Shown here: piece after piece, positions 48,683 through 62,229 of the stretch | Numbering within the stretch: position 1 is the first letter of the stretch | Layout of the letters: each line of letters starts with the position of its first letter | NCBI GenBank assembly: GCA_903813345.2 | Contig: CAIIXF020000001.1 | Location: 44,950,001 to 45,014,000, forward strand | Reading direction: 5' to 3' | DNA: 64,000 nucleotides | Source of the DNA: Owenia fusiformis | Lineage: Eukaryota | Program-made: the position numbers and the translations under genes | The notes under the pieces: model-generated | The model's database searches: none | The model's input: the letters and a program-made list of their open reading frames with translations, nothing else | What the model was told of the DNA's origin: nothing

Positions 48683-51388
48683 TTACGGGGCTATTAATGG
48701 CTTCACACTGTTCTCAATGTCATCGAGCCCTCCTGAAAACAAAATTGAAGTTCCTTTATTTTGAAATCATTCTTCCGCAAAATTAACTCATCTATATCCA
48801 CTTTTGTTTCAAGAAACAAGACAACTCTAAACGCCCCATTACCCCTCCCATTGAGAGGAAAAATGAGAGGAAATGGAATGGTTGACTAAAAACTTGATGC
48901 AAGACTAAGCTTGTATTCGCGAATGCAAATAGTAACGGCTGTCGGCTACAGGATTAATACTATTTTATGGCCAACTCGTTTAAACATGAATGTAATAGTG
49001 GCTGGGGCAGGTACTATTCATGTTTAAATGAGTTGACCATAAAAAGGTTAATCCGGTAGCCGACAGCCGAAGTTGCATTAACGAATGCAAGCTAGCGACA
49101 AATGAAAGTTAGCTGCCGTGTGGCCATATTAATTAGCATTTGATTTTATGTAGACTTACCAGTCTGGTCGTCATCTGCAGGACACAGCTCAATGTTACAC
49201 AATTCTCTCGTACCAAACAGATCAATGAAACACCACGGTCCATATTCACTGGAATCCGGATTTCGGCAGAAGTTCTTTGCTGATTTCAAACCAACTTCTC
49301 CACTGCCCTCTGGGAAGATTTGATTCGACGTGGGTAACCAGAAATTGTCTTGACCTGCTGCCGCAGCCCATCTATGGGGGAGCAAAAATGTATTTCTGAA
49401 CCAAGATGACGAAAAAGAATATCGGCATGCAAAATGGAATCCAATTTGCCTATGTTCTTGATAAAACACATGCACTTGCAAGAAAACAGCAGAACACTGC
49501 ACAGCAGCGATCACAACACAACACAACAACACAGTACAATAATACAGAGTCTGACGTAAAATACAGTACACCGCCAAGTAAAACAATACGGCGGTATCTG
49601 TATAATTCCTGATTGGGGAGATGAATTGAAATATCATCTTAAACTTACGGCATGCATAACTTCTTGGACTTTGTTTTTGATTCATTTCCAGCATATGATT
49701 TTCCTAAATCCGACGTCTTGCAGTTTTTCATTGACGATCCTAAAGTCAAAACAAAAATGATCGATGAATATACCATGTATCATTAAACCAGCTGCAGCTC
49801 CATCGTATAGGCTGTCATGCATGGTGGCATATAGATTGTGTGCTCATAAAACCAGAAGCTAAGGTTGAACGTGCACTGTCTCCGTACGTTCATCCTAACG
49901 ATATTTTCGTTATTTGATTTAGGAATTAAAGTCAGACATCTTGGACCTTGTAAAAATAGACGCAACACTGATTTGACTCGTCATTAGGAAAAATCATGTA
50001 AAACTAACAATTTTTTCTGTAAGCTAAATATCCTCAGCTCGATACATTCCTTCCTTATGTCTAGGTCACATTTGCTTCGATTCATCGACCGGCGCCTGGC
50101 CGATAATTTAAAAAGTATTTTGCTTAAAATTGAAGGTGAAATCTCAAATTTGAGATCAGATGTGAACTCTTAAGAACGTGTACATGATTTAAAAAAATCA
50201 GTTTTGAACAAAATACTGCAATCGGCCGGGCGCCGGTCGATGAATCGGAGCAAATGTGACCTAGATAGTTTTTGAAATAGTCATGGAACGATGACTTGGG
50301 CATAACAACAACAAATTATAATATTCTTGGTATTAAAATAAAGAGGCCAAATTAATTAGCCGAAATAATACGTGAATATTATCCGTTACCTACAGGACCT
50401 CTTGTAGGACGAGGAATAGTATTCGTGCTTGTTCCCGCCTGAATGGTTGTAATCTGAGCAATGGGTTCAGGCTTTTTGCAGATATATCCTGCTGGTGTAT
50501 CTACGTAACTCTCCCGGAATTTACAATTTACATCAGCCCATCCACCATCCTAGAGATGTTGTATCATAATACTAGCATGTATTGTAGATTATAATGTTAA
50601 TTCTAGATTGATGTTCAACTACTTTTTCAAAATAGTCCACAGTAATTTACGATTTTTATACCTGTTTATACATTGCAGTATATGTTTTGACACAACTGCC
50701 GTAGTCATTTGGTTCTCCCTTCTTCCAGTTTGTGAATTTGACCGGCGACCCATCCGTCCATTCATACTGACCATTCACGTGGACCAGGCCAATCCACACA
50801 GGTTGCCGGGGCGCCACCCAATCTGATGAAAACGAAGACGAAACGCGATATGGATATTGTCAATTGTATTGATTGATCAAGAACGAACGAGTTCACACAT
50901 TATTTTCTTAATTCTCCGTCTTATCAAGTTTAATTCATTGTGTGATGTCTTGTATAAAATTTCAACTTAAGAATATGAAACCCGCCACTCAACAAAAGAT
51001 CAATTACCTCTCTCGCTACGTCACCCGACTTACCAAGTGCCTTTGCTTGGGCTGCAGCGTATTCGAATTCTTTTTGGTCAGTAATACTGAGTAACTCCGC
51101 GTCATCCTTTCTACATTCTGCCTGTGCTTGCTCCCAGTTTTTAAAATAATCATTTTGAAACCTGTAACAGTTGCCATTGTGGAGAACCCAGCGCCAACTG
51201 CCACAGTTTCCATTGCTTTTGCTGCCAGCTTCGTTGCTTTTGCTGCCAGCTCCACTACCACTCCCACTTTCCCCATCGTCGTCGCCATATTCACGGTCAT
51301 CTTCCCAGCTATAGGGACCATAGTAGTCATAGTAGTAATCAGCCAACACACACGTTGAACAAACCAACACAAGAATAACACGCAGGAC
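48683..51388 (-). CDS. Secreted C-type lectin + kringle protein (ATG-containing first exon not identified)
   Basis: Exons 51388-51034, 50822-50662, 50549-50390, 49739-49649, 49371-49160, 48732-48683. CTLD: CYRF..WEQAQAEC..LLSI..WIGL..WTDGS..WKKGEPND..C..WADVNC..GYICKK. Kringle: CKTSDLGKSYAG...CMPW...NFCRNPDSSEYGPWCF...C..C. Poly(A) signal at ~48585. Confidence 0.88.
48910..49093. mobile_element. Palindromic MITE in intron
   Basis: cggctgtcggctac...atggccaactcgtttaaacatgaat pairs with attcatgtttaaatgagttgaccat...gtagccgacagccg. Confidence 0.75.
50060..50264. mobile_element. MITE with ~45-bp TIRs in intron
   Basis: tctaggtcacatttgcttcgattcatcgaccggcgcctggccgat / atcggccgggcgccggtcgatgaatcggagcaaatgtgacctaga. 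Confidence 0.85.
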
Positions 51389-53673
51389 CTACAAAATACA
51401 TGTAGGAATAAGTCTGCATCCATGTATATAGCATTTTTGAGATGAATACGACTGTTAGTTAGACACTGAAACATCCGGACATTTTTATTCCAATTTCACT
51501 TACTATCATTGTAATTTCCAAAGCCAATATAGACCAGTCCTACTGTAGCAACTAAATATCAGATTTGTCAGATCCGATTAATATGATAATTCCGGAACCA
51601 TTATTTGTTCTTGATTGGGCATCATTATGTACGCTACTCATCATGTCATCATGTACTCTCATTAGTTATTTACCGGTCATTATCAGTGCTAGCAACAAAC
51701 GTTTTTGTATCCCGAATTACCAAAGGGAGTGAGGGGTTCGAAAATGTTTGTGCCCAGCCCTAGGGTATTTATTACTCGATGTAATACCTGGCCTGAGGTC
51801 TACATGTATATTACGATTCGAACATGAAAACGCACGGCAAAATTTTGCGAAATCGTCACTTCATGATCAGTTCCCACTTCTGATTTAGCGTTTACTGAAC
51901 GAGACACTTAGTACAGACGGGGTGTTGAATCGATGCATAAATATCGGATGAAATATTGACTTTGTTCACGGTTTATGGAAGACATGAATAAAGTCATGTT
52001 CGAATATATAATATAATGCCCATTATAATGCATAAACAGTATGGAAAACTGGGCCATGATTTTAAAATTGGGCCCATCCATTGCCTGATTGCAGTCGGTT
52101 CAAGAACAACTTTGGGTATCTTTCAGAGATGGCCACCCCGCGCCGGGTGCTCCCTGGGGTGTGGTACCGTCCTGCAAATGCATTTTGGTCATTGCAGGAC
52201 GGTCCGACTTTTTCAGCCTACTAAGGGCCGGAACCTGTGTGGAAACCCTCCTTGTGAATTTCTAGATCTGATAAAATAAGTCAGGCTGAACCGGGAATAT
52301 TTGGGTTTAGATTAGTTGAACCAGAGTAAGAACATGTGAAGCTCCAAGTGTTCTGGGCTACCCAAGAATTCCAAATTTTGCTGTTGGACAAGAGTCAGAA
52401 CACTAACTCTAGAATTCCTAAGGGGGAGGGGGTATCCCCCCTAGTCTGATTTCTTCTGATAACTTCTGAAGTTAGCATCGGCCTTTGCCTGGTTTTTCAT
52501 GTAGCTGCTCCTAGGTATATAGGAATAATCTAGTGCAAAATTATGGGAGTCTACTAATTACCTTTTTATTAATTAGCAAAGTCAAGTACCCTGTATTCAT
52601 GGTAGATTTTTCTATGCATAATGCGCTAAAATACACGAAGTACAGTTTACAGTGCTGTAATAATTAGTTACTATTATTGATTATATTCAATTAATGACAT
52701 TTTTATGTAATATAGCATTTTAATTTTTTCACATCAATATGTTAGATTTGATGTTCTAAATTGTCAAAATACATAGACACGTCAAATCATATAAGAAACG
52801 CGATTTTCTCCATCTTTTGTTATACCCTTCAGTAATTAGGCAGTGATATCTCCTATTGCAAAGATGAACTATCAACATCACTACACTCCCAACAGAATGA
52901 GTTGTCATCAGGCAATAGTAATTATTTGGTAAAATGAGGATCATGATTGCCTGAGACGGGGGACTTCACTGATAGAAATTTTGGCAGGGTCCTCAGGCTG
53001 AACCCTCAGATATCCCCATACCAATCTGTCAAATTTCGATGTGTTCCCACACCAACCAAAATAACACCCGGAAGCCATACCAAAATGTCTAAACATACAA
53101 TAGGACCAAATGTCCAGATACGGACCAATGCCATACCAAGGACCAATGTCACGGCCCAACTGACCAAATTTGAAAAAGCCAATAATCAAACTGAAGAAGG
53201 CCCAGAGAAGAAAGATGATCTATGAGGAAAACGGAAAACAATCTCGAATAAGGATATGTGTAGTTACTACTGCCATACGGTCACAAGTGTGACTGAGGTA
53301 ACATATTTTGCATGACCATTCTCTGAGGCCCAGGAATGTTTAAAAAGTCCCCTAGTGTACCGAGTTGGTAATGCGTGGTGTATAGGCTACAACTTGACCC
53401 GAGTTGACCCGACCCTGTTGTAAATATACTGACTTTTACTTTAGTTACTTACTTGCTATAAGAATAAGACTGATATTTTATTTATGACTGTATACCCGGG
53501 CCTCAGACCATTCTCATACCCGAGCCCGGGTCAGTGGAAAAATGTGACCTTGCATTGCCATATCTCAAAAGTCATAATTTGGGGGGCATTCTCAGACCAG
53601 ATCCTAAAATTTGGGTCAATTGATGTCAAAAAGGTACCCCTTCGAGTGCGCCGAGGATCCCCGTCAACGTTTA

Positions 53674-54950
53674 AGGGAACATGGGGCAAAACGGCCCTAA
53701 AAATTTAGTTTTAAGTTGTTCTGTACGGGATATTTTCTTATCTGTCAATCATCGCGCACTTTGATGTTCCACTTTATTAATGGTTTGTGGTTTACATTTT
53801 TGGAGTGTTTTATACTTGCCTAGGACTATTTTCTGTGATTTTTCAATGGTCAAAAATATTGTCGAGAGTGGGGCAAAACGGCCCATGGGTGGGGCAAAAC
53901 GGCCCACTCTCTGTTACATGGGTTTTAAAACCAAAATTAATAATTTACAAGACTCGTCTACACACATCTTATCTCAGACCTTTGGCAGATAAAGTATTCT
54001 TAACTCCTACCATAATTCTAGCCATTCGATATGTGTCGGAAGGAAATAATTAAGGTACAATTAAACAAAATGTTAAAATCGTTATAATTTGAGAATTGTT
54101 CTTGTACAATAAGACTTTTGTATGTTATAACATGTGTGGGCCGTTTTGCCCCAAAGGCATGTGAATTTTCATATAGAGTTACTCAGATGCAAGTAGGTTC
54201 AGGCTTACCAGTTTCGCCACCAGATGGCTGATTCGGGGGAAATAACATGGCAGGGTATTGTAAAATTCCCTTAAACTTGAATATTCATCAGTTACTTGTT
54301 CACTTTTCATATTACCCTTTTGTATCTGATAGTTATACAAATTAAAATATGTCCAGTGAAAGAAAATATTATCTGCCCAACACAAGAAAAGATATTTCCA
54401 TTTTTGTGATTTTACAACGTGGGGTCTATGGGGAATCTCCCAGACCTAGAAGAAGAAAATTAAATTTTCGAAGTTGATAAACCCTTTTCAAAACCACATT
54501 TTTGGATGTAATTTTACATGTAGATTCCAAATATGACATCAATTTGACTTAATTTGGAACTTTTAATGACATAAATCAAGATAATTTCTACTCGCATCTA
54601 GGATATTTGGCTAATATTTGAAGCTCGGAATTTTTACAAAAATAAAGAATAACTGAATATGCATACTCTGTGTGAAATGTTCAATCAAAACGATATTCCA
54701 TTGTTGCCGGATTTTTTAGAGATTCTTGTGGGAGGGGTAATTTGCAAAAAAGAGAGTGAAAAGTAGAATTACCTCTAATTACCTAAAGCGAGACGCTGAG
54801 CTTGCAGTTAAAAATGGGCGGTCGAGAAGGTGGCGGAAATTTCAAAATTCGGTTATGTGACTTTTGAAGAACCATCTTTTTATACTACAGTTCAAAAGAT
54901 ATTTCGATGGGCCACTTTGCCCCACAGGGCCGTTTTGCCCCATGTTCCCT
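53674..54950. mobile_element. Non-autonomous TA-targeting element (pogo/Tc1-mariner-like)
   Basis: TA|AGGGAACATGGGGCAAAACGGCCCT ... AGGGCCGTTTTGCCCCATGTTCCCT|TA, with internal repeats of ggggcaaaacggccc (~53870, ~53891, ~54139 inverted). Confidence 0.85.
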
Positions 54951-55771
54951 TATGTCATGAAGTGTTAGCCTCCCCGGGGCGGTACTTTGTGCCCCCCTTA
55001 GGAACTCCCGTAAGTGCGATTAGCTTAGGAACTCTACGGCTAAGGTGGCCCAATATATTGGCTTTCACATTTCCCGACCTGGCAATGGGAGATCTATTTT
55101 GCTAACTTGAAATTGGAATAATCTGGGGTAGTTTAGAGAATACAACACCAAGAAAATGCATGCTGGTGGCTCCCAGAGGGTATACACATTTTTCACCAAG
55201 TGCTTTTTTCATCTCCAATCAAATTGCAGGATTCGATCACGTGAACAATCATGGGCACATGCTCTCTCAGTGCTGCGCATGCGCAGAGTTAAATTTGAAA
55301 TCGTGGGAATGGCGTTTACATCAGTTCAACATCGTCATTTCAAACCTACGGTAATACTATTGAAGTTACTCGATCCATACTTGTAAAGAATACTCATAAA
55401 ACTACAGTGAAAATTTGGAGATCCATTTCAACGGCAAATTGAGGCCTGTTTATAAAATTTGTTTTCGAACGTGCTAATATGATAGGGCATCTTTGGGGAA
55501 TCTCCCCCCTGGCCAACACGGTAAAATACCGAATGGCGAAAAAAGCGAACGCATTCCGTTCGGTCTTTGCATGCGATTGCCGTTTATGTCACGCATTTGG
55601 TACAAAATATGTTTATATATCACTCATTTGTTTCGAAAATATTCACATCTACTATATATATTTTGCAAGTGGATCCAAGAGACCAAGTGGGCAAGTCAAT
55701 TATTTTGCAGGGGTGGCATGATACACAGATTTCAATTTTGTATATAGTGAATTCCCAGTGATTGATTTCAG

Positions 55772-55985
55772 TACAGTAAAACTGTCATAGTGAACACCTC
55801 TTTAGTGAAGATCTGTGCCCAGTGAAAACATGCGTCTACTCTATTGAACACCTGTGTATAGTGAACACCAATTCCCAGTACAGTAAAACTGTCATAATGA
55901 ACATCTCTTTAGTGAAATACTGTGCCCAGCGAACATATGAGTATACTCTATTGAACACCTGTGTGTAAGCGAACACCAATTCCCA
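55772..55985 (+). repeat. Two tandem ~106-bp truncated Tigger-like left ends
   Basis: tacagtaaaactgtcata.tgaaca.ctctttagtgaa at ~55772 and ~55878. Confidence 0.7.
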
Positions 55986-56024
55986 GCCAGTGATTTCAGT
56001 AACTTTTAGAGGGGATTGTACCTA

Positions 56025-56480
56025 CAGTAAAATCTGTCTAATCCAAGGGACCAGCTCAGAGCGTTCGGATTAGGAGGTGTTCACATTTTGAGGTTTTGCA
56101 TTTGCAAGATTTGGGTTTTTGAAGAAATAGAAACAAATTCTCAATAAATATTATAGTTCTTTTGACTACTTAGCTTTGGCATTAGAGTGACATGAAAATC
56201 TGATTCAAATGAATTTAGTCATCCTAGAAAGCCCCACCATGAGTGAGATCGTTCAAGTTTTTTTCAAATATTTGATCAATTTATGGAACATGTGATATTT
56301 TATGTGTTCAGATTAGATAGGTTAATTTTCAAACATGACTGTTCACTGTCAAAATTGGGAGATGTTCATATTTCAAGTTTTTTAAACATTTGAGTCAATG
56401 GGAGAAAAAACGGGACCAAAAAATGTTCAAATTGGGAGGTGTTCGGATTAGCCAAGTGTTCAGATATACAGGTTTTACTG
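56025..56480. mobile_element. Tigger/pogo-like MITE
   Basis: TA|CAGTAAAATCTGT ... ACAGGTTTTACTG|TA, with repeated gtgttcggattag submotifs. Confidence 0.75.
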
Positions 56481-58570
56481 TACTACAATTGTTTTCAATC
56501 TTTTGGAGGAAAGTGTACATCATTCCAGAGAAATGACAGATGCACTGTATATACAGTGATCGCCTACTATTAAAAGTGCGTAGCGTGATCAAAGACTCGA
56601 CAAGATGCGCAAAATTCAAATATTTTTTAACGGTTACTTTTAAAAGATTCATTTGTGTTTATATTACAGGCTACTGGTGATTCAATTAGGTTTTGTAGGC
56701 ACAAGAACACCCATATTCTTTGAGAAATATATATTAGTTTGACCATTTTTCGTATATGTTATTGATTTTACAATTTAAAGATATAAATGCGATACAATAT
56801 GTGTTATTTTATTTAAAAAGCTTGAAAATATCAAAAACAATAGAACATTTTTACTCTCTTTAATTTTTTATACTTAGGTAGGGTCTTGGACTTCCATTTG
56901 ACCATGATGAAATTCACGTTTCCCCTTCAATAACATGAAATAAATATTTTAACACAGAAACGAATGGATCAGCCAATAGCGTGAGTTTCAGCAAACCATA
57001 CACCCATATCTATATGCTTTTCAAGAGAAGAAAATGGGGATCTCGCAAAATGTATGTCCAAACTGATTCAGTCAATTAAATGGTCACTGTGTGTGTGTTC
57101 ATTTTGTTTTTCTGCCTAGATTTGAATACATTACCATTAAATGATATATACACTGAACCTCTAGAACCTGCTAAGTGAAACACCTCTTGAAGCGTAACAC
57201 CTTACAAGTGGAACCGTTTTTTAAGTTCCATTTTAGTCCATTTATTTTACGCCTCTGTTCCCAAGGTATGAGAACTATACACCTTGGCATCCAAGATGAT
57301 TGTCGAATTGTAATGTAATTGTAATTGTAATAAAATATAAAATCTGAATTGTACATTATCTATTTCATTGGGGAGTTAAATCATTCTTTTGCAGCAAGGT
57401 ATCAATAAGTAATGTAATGACGTAATAACCTTCAGTAGATGCCAGTAGTCAGTTCCCAGTTTCACCACGAGGTGGCTAACTTGGGTCATATATAAATGAC
57501 AGGTATAAGGGAAAACTCCTCTAAGGTATTCAATATTCAGTAGATTTATTGATCAATTTTCAACTAAGGTCTATAAGTGATTAGCTTGAGAATTTTAGAA
57601 TTGTATGTAATCTAATGCAAAATAAACGACTAGTGAGCGTTTTTAGAGAAACTCTACAAAATGTGAAATAAATACCATGCTATTATCTCTAATGACAGAG
57701 TTATGTGGATCGATGGGACCGAGTAAAAGTTCCAGTTTAGGCTTTGCTCAGAGGGGTATCATCTCAGATTAACTGGTGGACACTATTGGAGAATGAGAGT
57801 CTATTGTAATTTCAGAATCATTTATTGTCATTTCATTACTTATTGATATTCTCGTTCTATTGCAATTTCATTGGTAATTTTTTTTGATTTTGTAGCAGTT
57901 GTTGAATCAGAGATTCTGGATGATTTCATTCGATTATTGTCAATCACTGAAATTGTCATGAATTCATCACTTTCTACAAGTATGTGTTTATTTATTGATT
58001 TCACTTCATTTGGTATTATTCCAGAGAAATTTCTTGTTATCATTCTAGATTTGCCTCTATTTTCAGTAATCTTTCTCATCTTCATCTCTTCTTCTTCATG
58101 ATGTTCTACAAGGTGGTTTATAATGATTTGAAATTTAGGAGTTCGTAATGAAGGACAGTAAAATCATGTAAACCCAACCACTCTGAAATGCAAAGAACAT
58201 ATCATTAGAATCCACATGGTAAAATCACCCACTTGGCTGATCATAAATTGTTTTCATAACATCCTTCTTACTCGATACTGAAGGGGAGATGGAACGTCTG
58301 ATATGCATGTAATGTTAAGTATTATGTATATTAACCATAAGCATGTTGGTTTTGTGGTTTTGGTAATCTAAAAACAGAAAATTTGGTGAAATATACATTT
58401 TCATTCGGCGGGTTTTTTGATTTTGCTTCATTTATTAACTCAGTTCAGGTATTTCGGTTGAACCAATCACCGAATCCTGTTACCAAATGAATCTTGAGTC
58501 TCTTATACAGCATATGGAATACCATCTGTAGGTAAAATGTCATTAAGGTGGTAAAGAAAAGAGAAACAAA

Positions 58571-59759
58571 CCCAGCCTATTGCCAGGTATAGTCAGTCTA
58601 TACCAAAAGTATACTAAAAGTATACCTTGTTGATAGGTCTATACTGATACCAGACTGATACCATACCAATTAAGAGGTATATATACTGAATATAGATCTG
58701 TAAATAGGTATGAAGATACTGAATATACTGAAAGTATACCTGTTTTACTTATGATTTTCAATAGTATACTGAAAGCATACCAAACAAACTCTGATAAATA
58801 CTGAATATACTGAAAGCATACCAGTTTTACTTATGATTTTCAATAGTATACTGAAAGCATACCAAATAAACTCTGATAAATAATGATTAGACTGAACGTA
58901 TACCAGTTTTACTATATCATTTTATAATATAAACGGCAAATGCAAAATTCATGATAAAAGTCAACAATTATTCATATGTAAGTTCTATTTTATGACCATT
59001 TGTTTCCACAACCTGTCCAACCAGACTAGGTGGCAGGGGAGCATTCCTGCTCATAATTACATTGAATGTTTTATATATTGAAAACACAAAAAATGAGAGA
59101 AAGATATGAAAGATAAAGTCATAGTAAAAGAAATACAGTTAAAATTTGAAAATTAAAACTTTGCATCAAAAATACATCATGAATAAAACTTGAATATAGT
59201 TAATATAAGAATATTAATTTATTTGTGGTACGTCTTTTAGAAGTCTTCATAATCCTGCATCTAATTAATTAGATAATGTAATGCTAGAAAATAAGACTGC
59301 TATCCAAATTACATGTACTAATTTTTCTCATCTGCAGAATGATTTAAAATTTAAGTTAGTAGAGTCACATTCATCCATATCAGTCTACAGACTGACATGT
59401 TAAGACTGTCAGTATAGACTAAATGTCGACCTATAGGTATATACTGATACCATACTGAAAGATACCTATATGTATACACTGAATGTATACCCATTGGTAT
59501 ATACTGAAATTATACTGAAACCATACTGGTATGTATATACTGAAAGTATACTGAATGTATACCTATTGGTTTATACTGAAAGTATACTGAAACCATACTG
59601 GTAAGTCTAATTACCATAATTGAAACATACCTGTCAATGGAATTTTAACATGGGACATATACTGAAAGTATACTGAAACTAGACTAAAAGTTGACCTGTC
59701 AGTATAGACTGAAAGTATACCTGTCAGTATATACTGACCATACCTGGCAATGGGCCGGG
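58571..59759. mobile_element. CMC/EnSpm-like non-autonomous element with dense subterminal repeats
   Basis: AA|CCCAGCCTATTGCCAGGTATAGTCAGT ... ACTGACCATACCTGGCAATGGGCCGGG|AA, with many atactgaaagtatac-type motifs in both arms. Confidence 0.8.
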
Positions 59760-60360
59760 AACATACCTTTCCTCCGACATTTCGAATTTTGCGCATCTTG
59801 TCGAGTCTTTGATCACGCACTTTTAATAGTAGGCGATCACTGTACATACAGTGAGGTGACACACTGTTATGGGAACTGGTCATATCAGATGTTCCCACGC
59901 TTTTCGTCCAGAAGAGGTCATTTCCCAGGATTATAGATGAACCCTTGGCCAATCGATGATATAGTTTACATAAGAGAAGTATGACTGTATGAATTCTGGG
60001 ATATTCCTGTTTTGTTGAGACAGGTGAGAATAAAATTAACCCTTTGCAAATTTGATCAATACTGCCTCCAATCATCCAATACTTGGCTCAGTTAAAATAG
60101 TTGATTTATATTTGAATTCGATAATAACATTTAAAAATTAAATGTGTAGTAGTAATACTTTAGTACCTCTTATTAATTAATGTATAATATTACAACATAC
60201 ATAATGATGTAGGCAATTTGCTTCATAAAAATCTAAAAGTAAAATTCATAATTTAAATTTACCCTCTGGGAGCCCCAAAATTTTAGAAAATGCATTTTCT
60301 TGGTGATGTATTTTCTAAACTACCATAATCCAAGGGAAAGATCAATACCCGGTGATTTCA

Positions 60361-60534
60361 GCGGGAAGTGGCGTTTCGTTCATTGGATGAGCTGCGCGCG
60401 CACGCATAAATGTGATTATCCAATATAATTAGGGGAGGGCTATTTGAAGTAGTTTTTGGTCTCAGGCGCGACCCAGGGCTGTTGTCTTAAGGACATTTCG
60501 TTGAAAATGAGCCATTCGGCTGATAATTGGTAAG
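60361..60534 (+). promoter_or_regulatory. Candidate cell-cycle-type promoter and first exon
   Basis: GCGGGAA (E2F-like) 60361, ATTGG 60382, GCGCGCGC ~60394, CCAAT 60420, TTTGAA (CHR-like) 60443, splice donor GTAAG 60530. Confidence 0.4.
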
Positions 60535-61465
60535 AGTTTGCGATCTTATAATGTATAACTGTTACTCAGACACATATTTTGACACGATTCTGTTGGAAAT
60601 AAGCTTTGAACCGAGAGATATTCACGATTGATATGCACATTTTTGATTGTGCCATTGCTTTTCTATTGCACAACCCATGTATTGATAGAAGAAACATTTA
60701 TAATACAGATTGGTTTACCTTCAATACATGGCAGACACTACATATCGGTCTATTAATACCAGTTTGTGCCTTAAATAGTTTTATATTTCCGCATCCACGG
60801 CCTGGAGCCTGGGTGTGTTTGTCTCTTATGTGTATGCTTGTGCATGGACTTCTAATCACTAGCAGAATTTAACATGATGCAAACTCGACATTATAACTCA
60901 TGCTGTAACATTTTGACTTCGCTGGAAAACAATAGGAATTATTTTTCTTGCCAATCAATCATGAATCACAATCAAAATTTCAGAATGATCAATCAGGCAA
61001 TGATCCAAATCAAGTTATAACATTATATGATATTCAGCAAGAAGTCCGGTAGAAATACAGAATATTTAAACATCAAAGCTGAAAGTTAAAAGCTAATCTG
61101 TCAATTTTCTGTCTGCAAAAGAGCGTCCCAAGAGCGTTTACATTTGACACAATAACAGACTGAGGCCTTGAAATCTAGGATTCCCCAGGAAAATATGACG
61201 TCATACTAATTAGCATAAGGATTTCCCTATTGGGGTGGGTCGAGCCTTGTTCGAAAACACAATCCATAAATACATGCTAATTTCTAAGGAGATAGGAAGT
61301 GTATAACGTGTTTATCGATTTTGTTTAAAGATTTAATCAATTATCAAATTGTTTAAGTGGATAAAGTGGTCACACTTGCTTCAATTCATAGCGAAATCGA
61401 CGGATAGAAACTGACCGAATTCCCGATATCCTACCCCGTATTACTGTAGGCTATAAGCACAGTGA

Positions 61466-61629
61466 CCTACAGAGGGCGCTATCACAAACAAGTACTGGAC
61501 GAACCGATAAATTCCCGGGTATTGTAACGCCCTTGCATAATCTGGCTCTCACACACCAATCTCAAAATCGATTTGTGGTCGTTCATTTGAAGAGCCGGAA
61601 CTGAAAACGCGGGAGTGTTTGAGGCAAGT
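61466..61629 (+). promoter_or_regulatory. Second candidate promoter upstream of the MDC1-like gene
   Basis: CTCF-like CCTACAGAGGGCGCT 61466, CCAAT 61556, TTTGAA 61586, CCGGAA 61595, GCGGGA ~61609, possible GC donor GAG|GCAAGT 61624. Confidence 0.4.
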
Positions 61630-62229
61630 TATGTTTTTGTTATTTTATGTTGTAATTGTCTATTAGTATGTTATTGTAATCACATTGCATATGAAAAACA
61701 TGTGAGAAATAACTTGCACGTATACGAGAATATATTTATTAGTATATCACCTATGACATCGTTTTTATAAGAGTTGAAAAATTTGGAATTTTATTTTCAA
61801 TTTTATTTTGGCAGATTTATTTTGAAATTGGCCTAGACTAGCCTACAGTCTCAGTCTGTTAGCCTACAAATTTGTTTTTTAGCCTAGCCTCACACCGGAA
61901 TAGCCTGAAAATGGTAAAGTCAGATACCGTTGTCACAAATGGCGGACATAACCGTCGGTTCAATTCTTCAATCACTTGCTCCTCGTTTCATGGGACCTTA
62001 TCGTTGCTAAGTCTGTGCATTTATTAATCTCTTGTGATAATGTATCACATGAAATCCCAATTTCGTTCAAATTGGGTCGTGAATCGCCAGAATACAGCGT
62101 CTCCGATATCATCAATAACAACGGAATCTGAATTTGGAATAATTTACAAAGACAACGACATATGGTAAATTATTTAAAATTCAGATTCCTGTCATGGTTT
62201 TTATTCCATACTTAGTAAAGATAAAACAG

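Noticed and set aside
49783..49968. Extra exon in the lectin-kringle gene
   Set aside because: It has an acceptor but I found no phase-compatible donor; 50390 joins 49739 in frame without it.
57440..58540. Possible decayed transposase
   Set aside because: Only weak DNA similarity to ~54210-54300 and stop-ridden frames; no catalytic motif could be read.
59611..60075. 154-aa minus-strand ORF
   Set aside because: Runs into the TIR of a non-autonomous element and has no recognisable domain.
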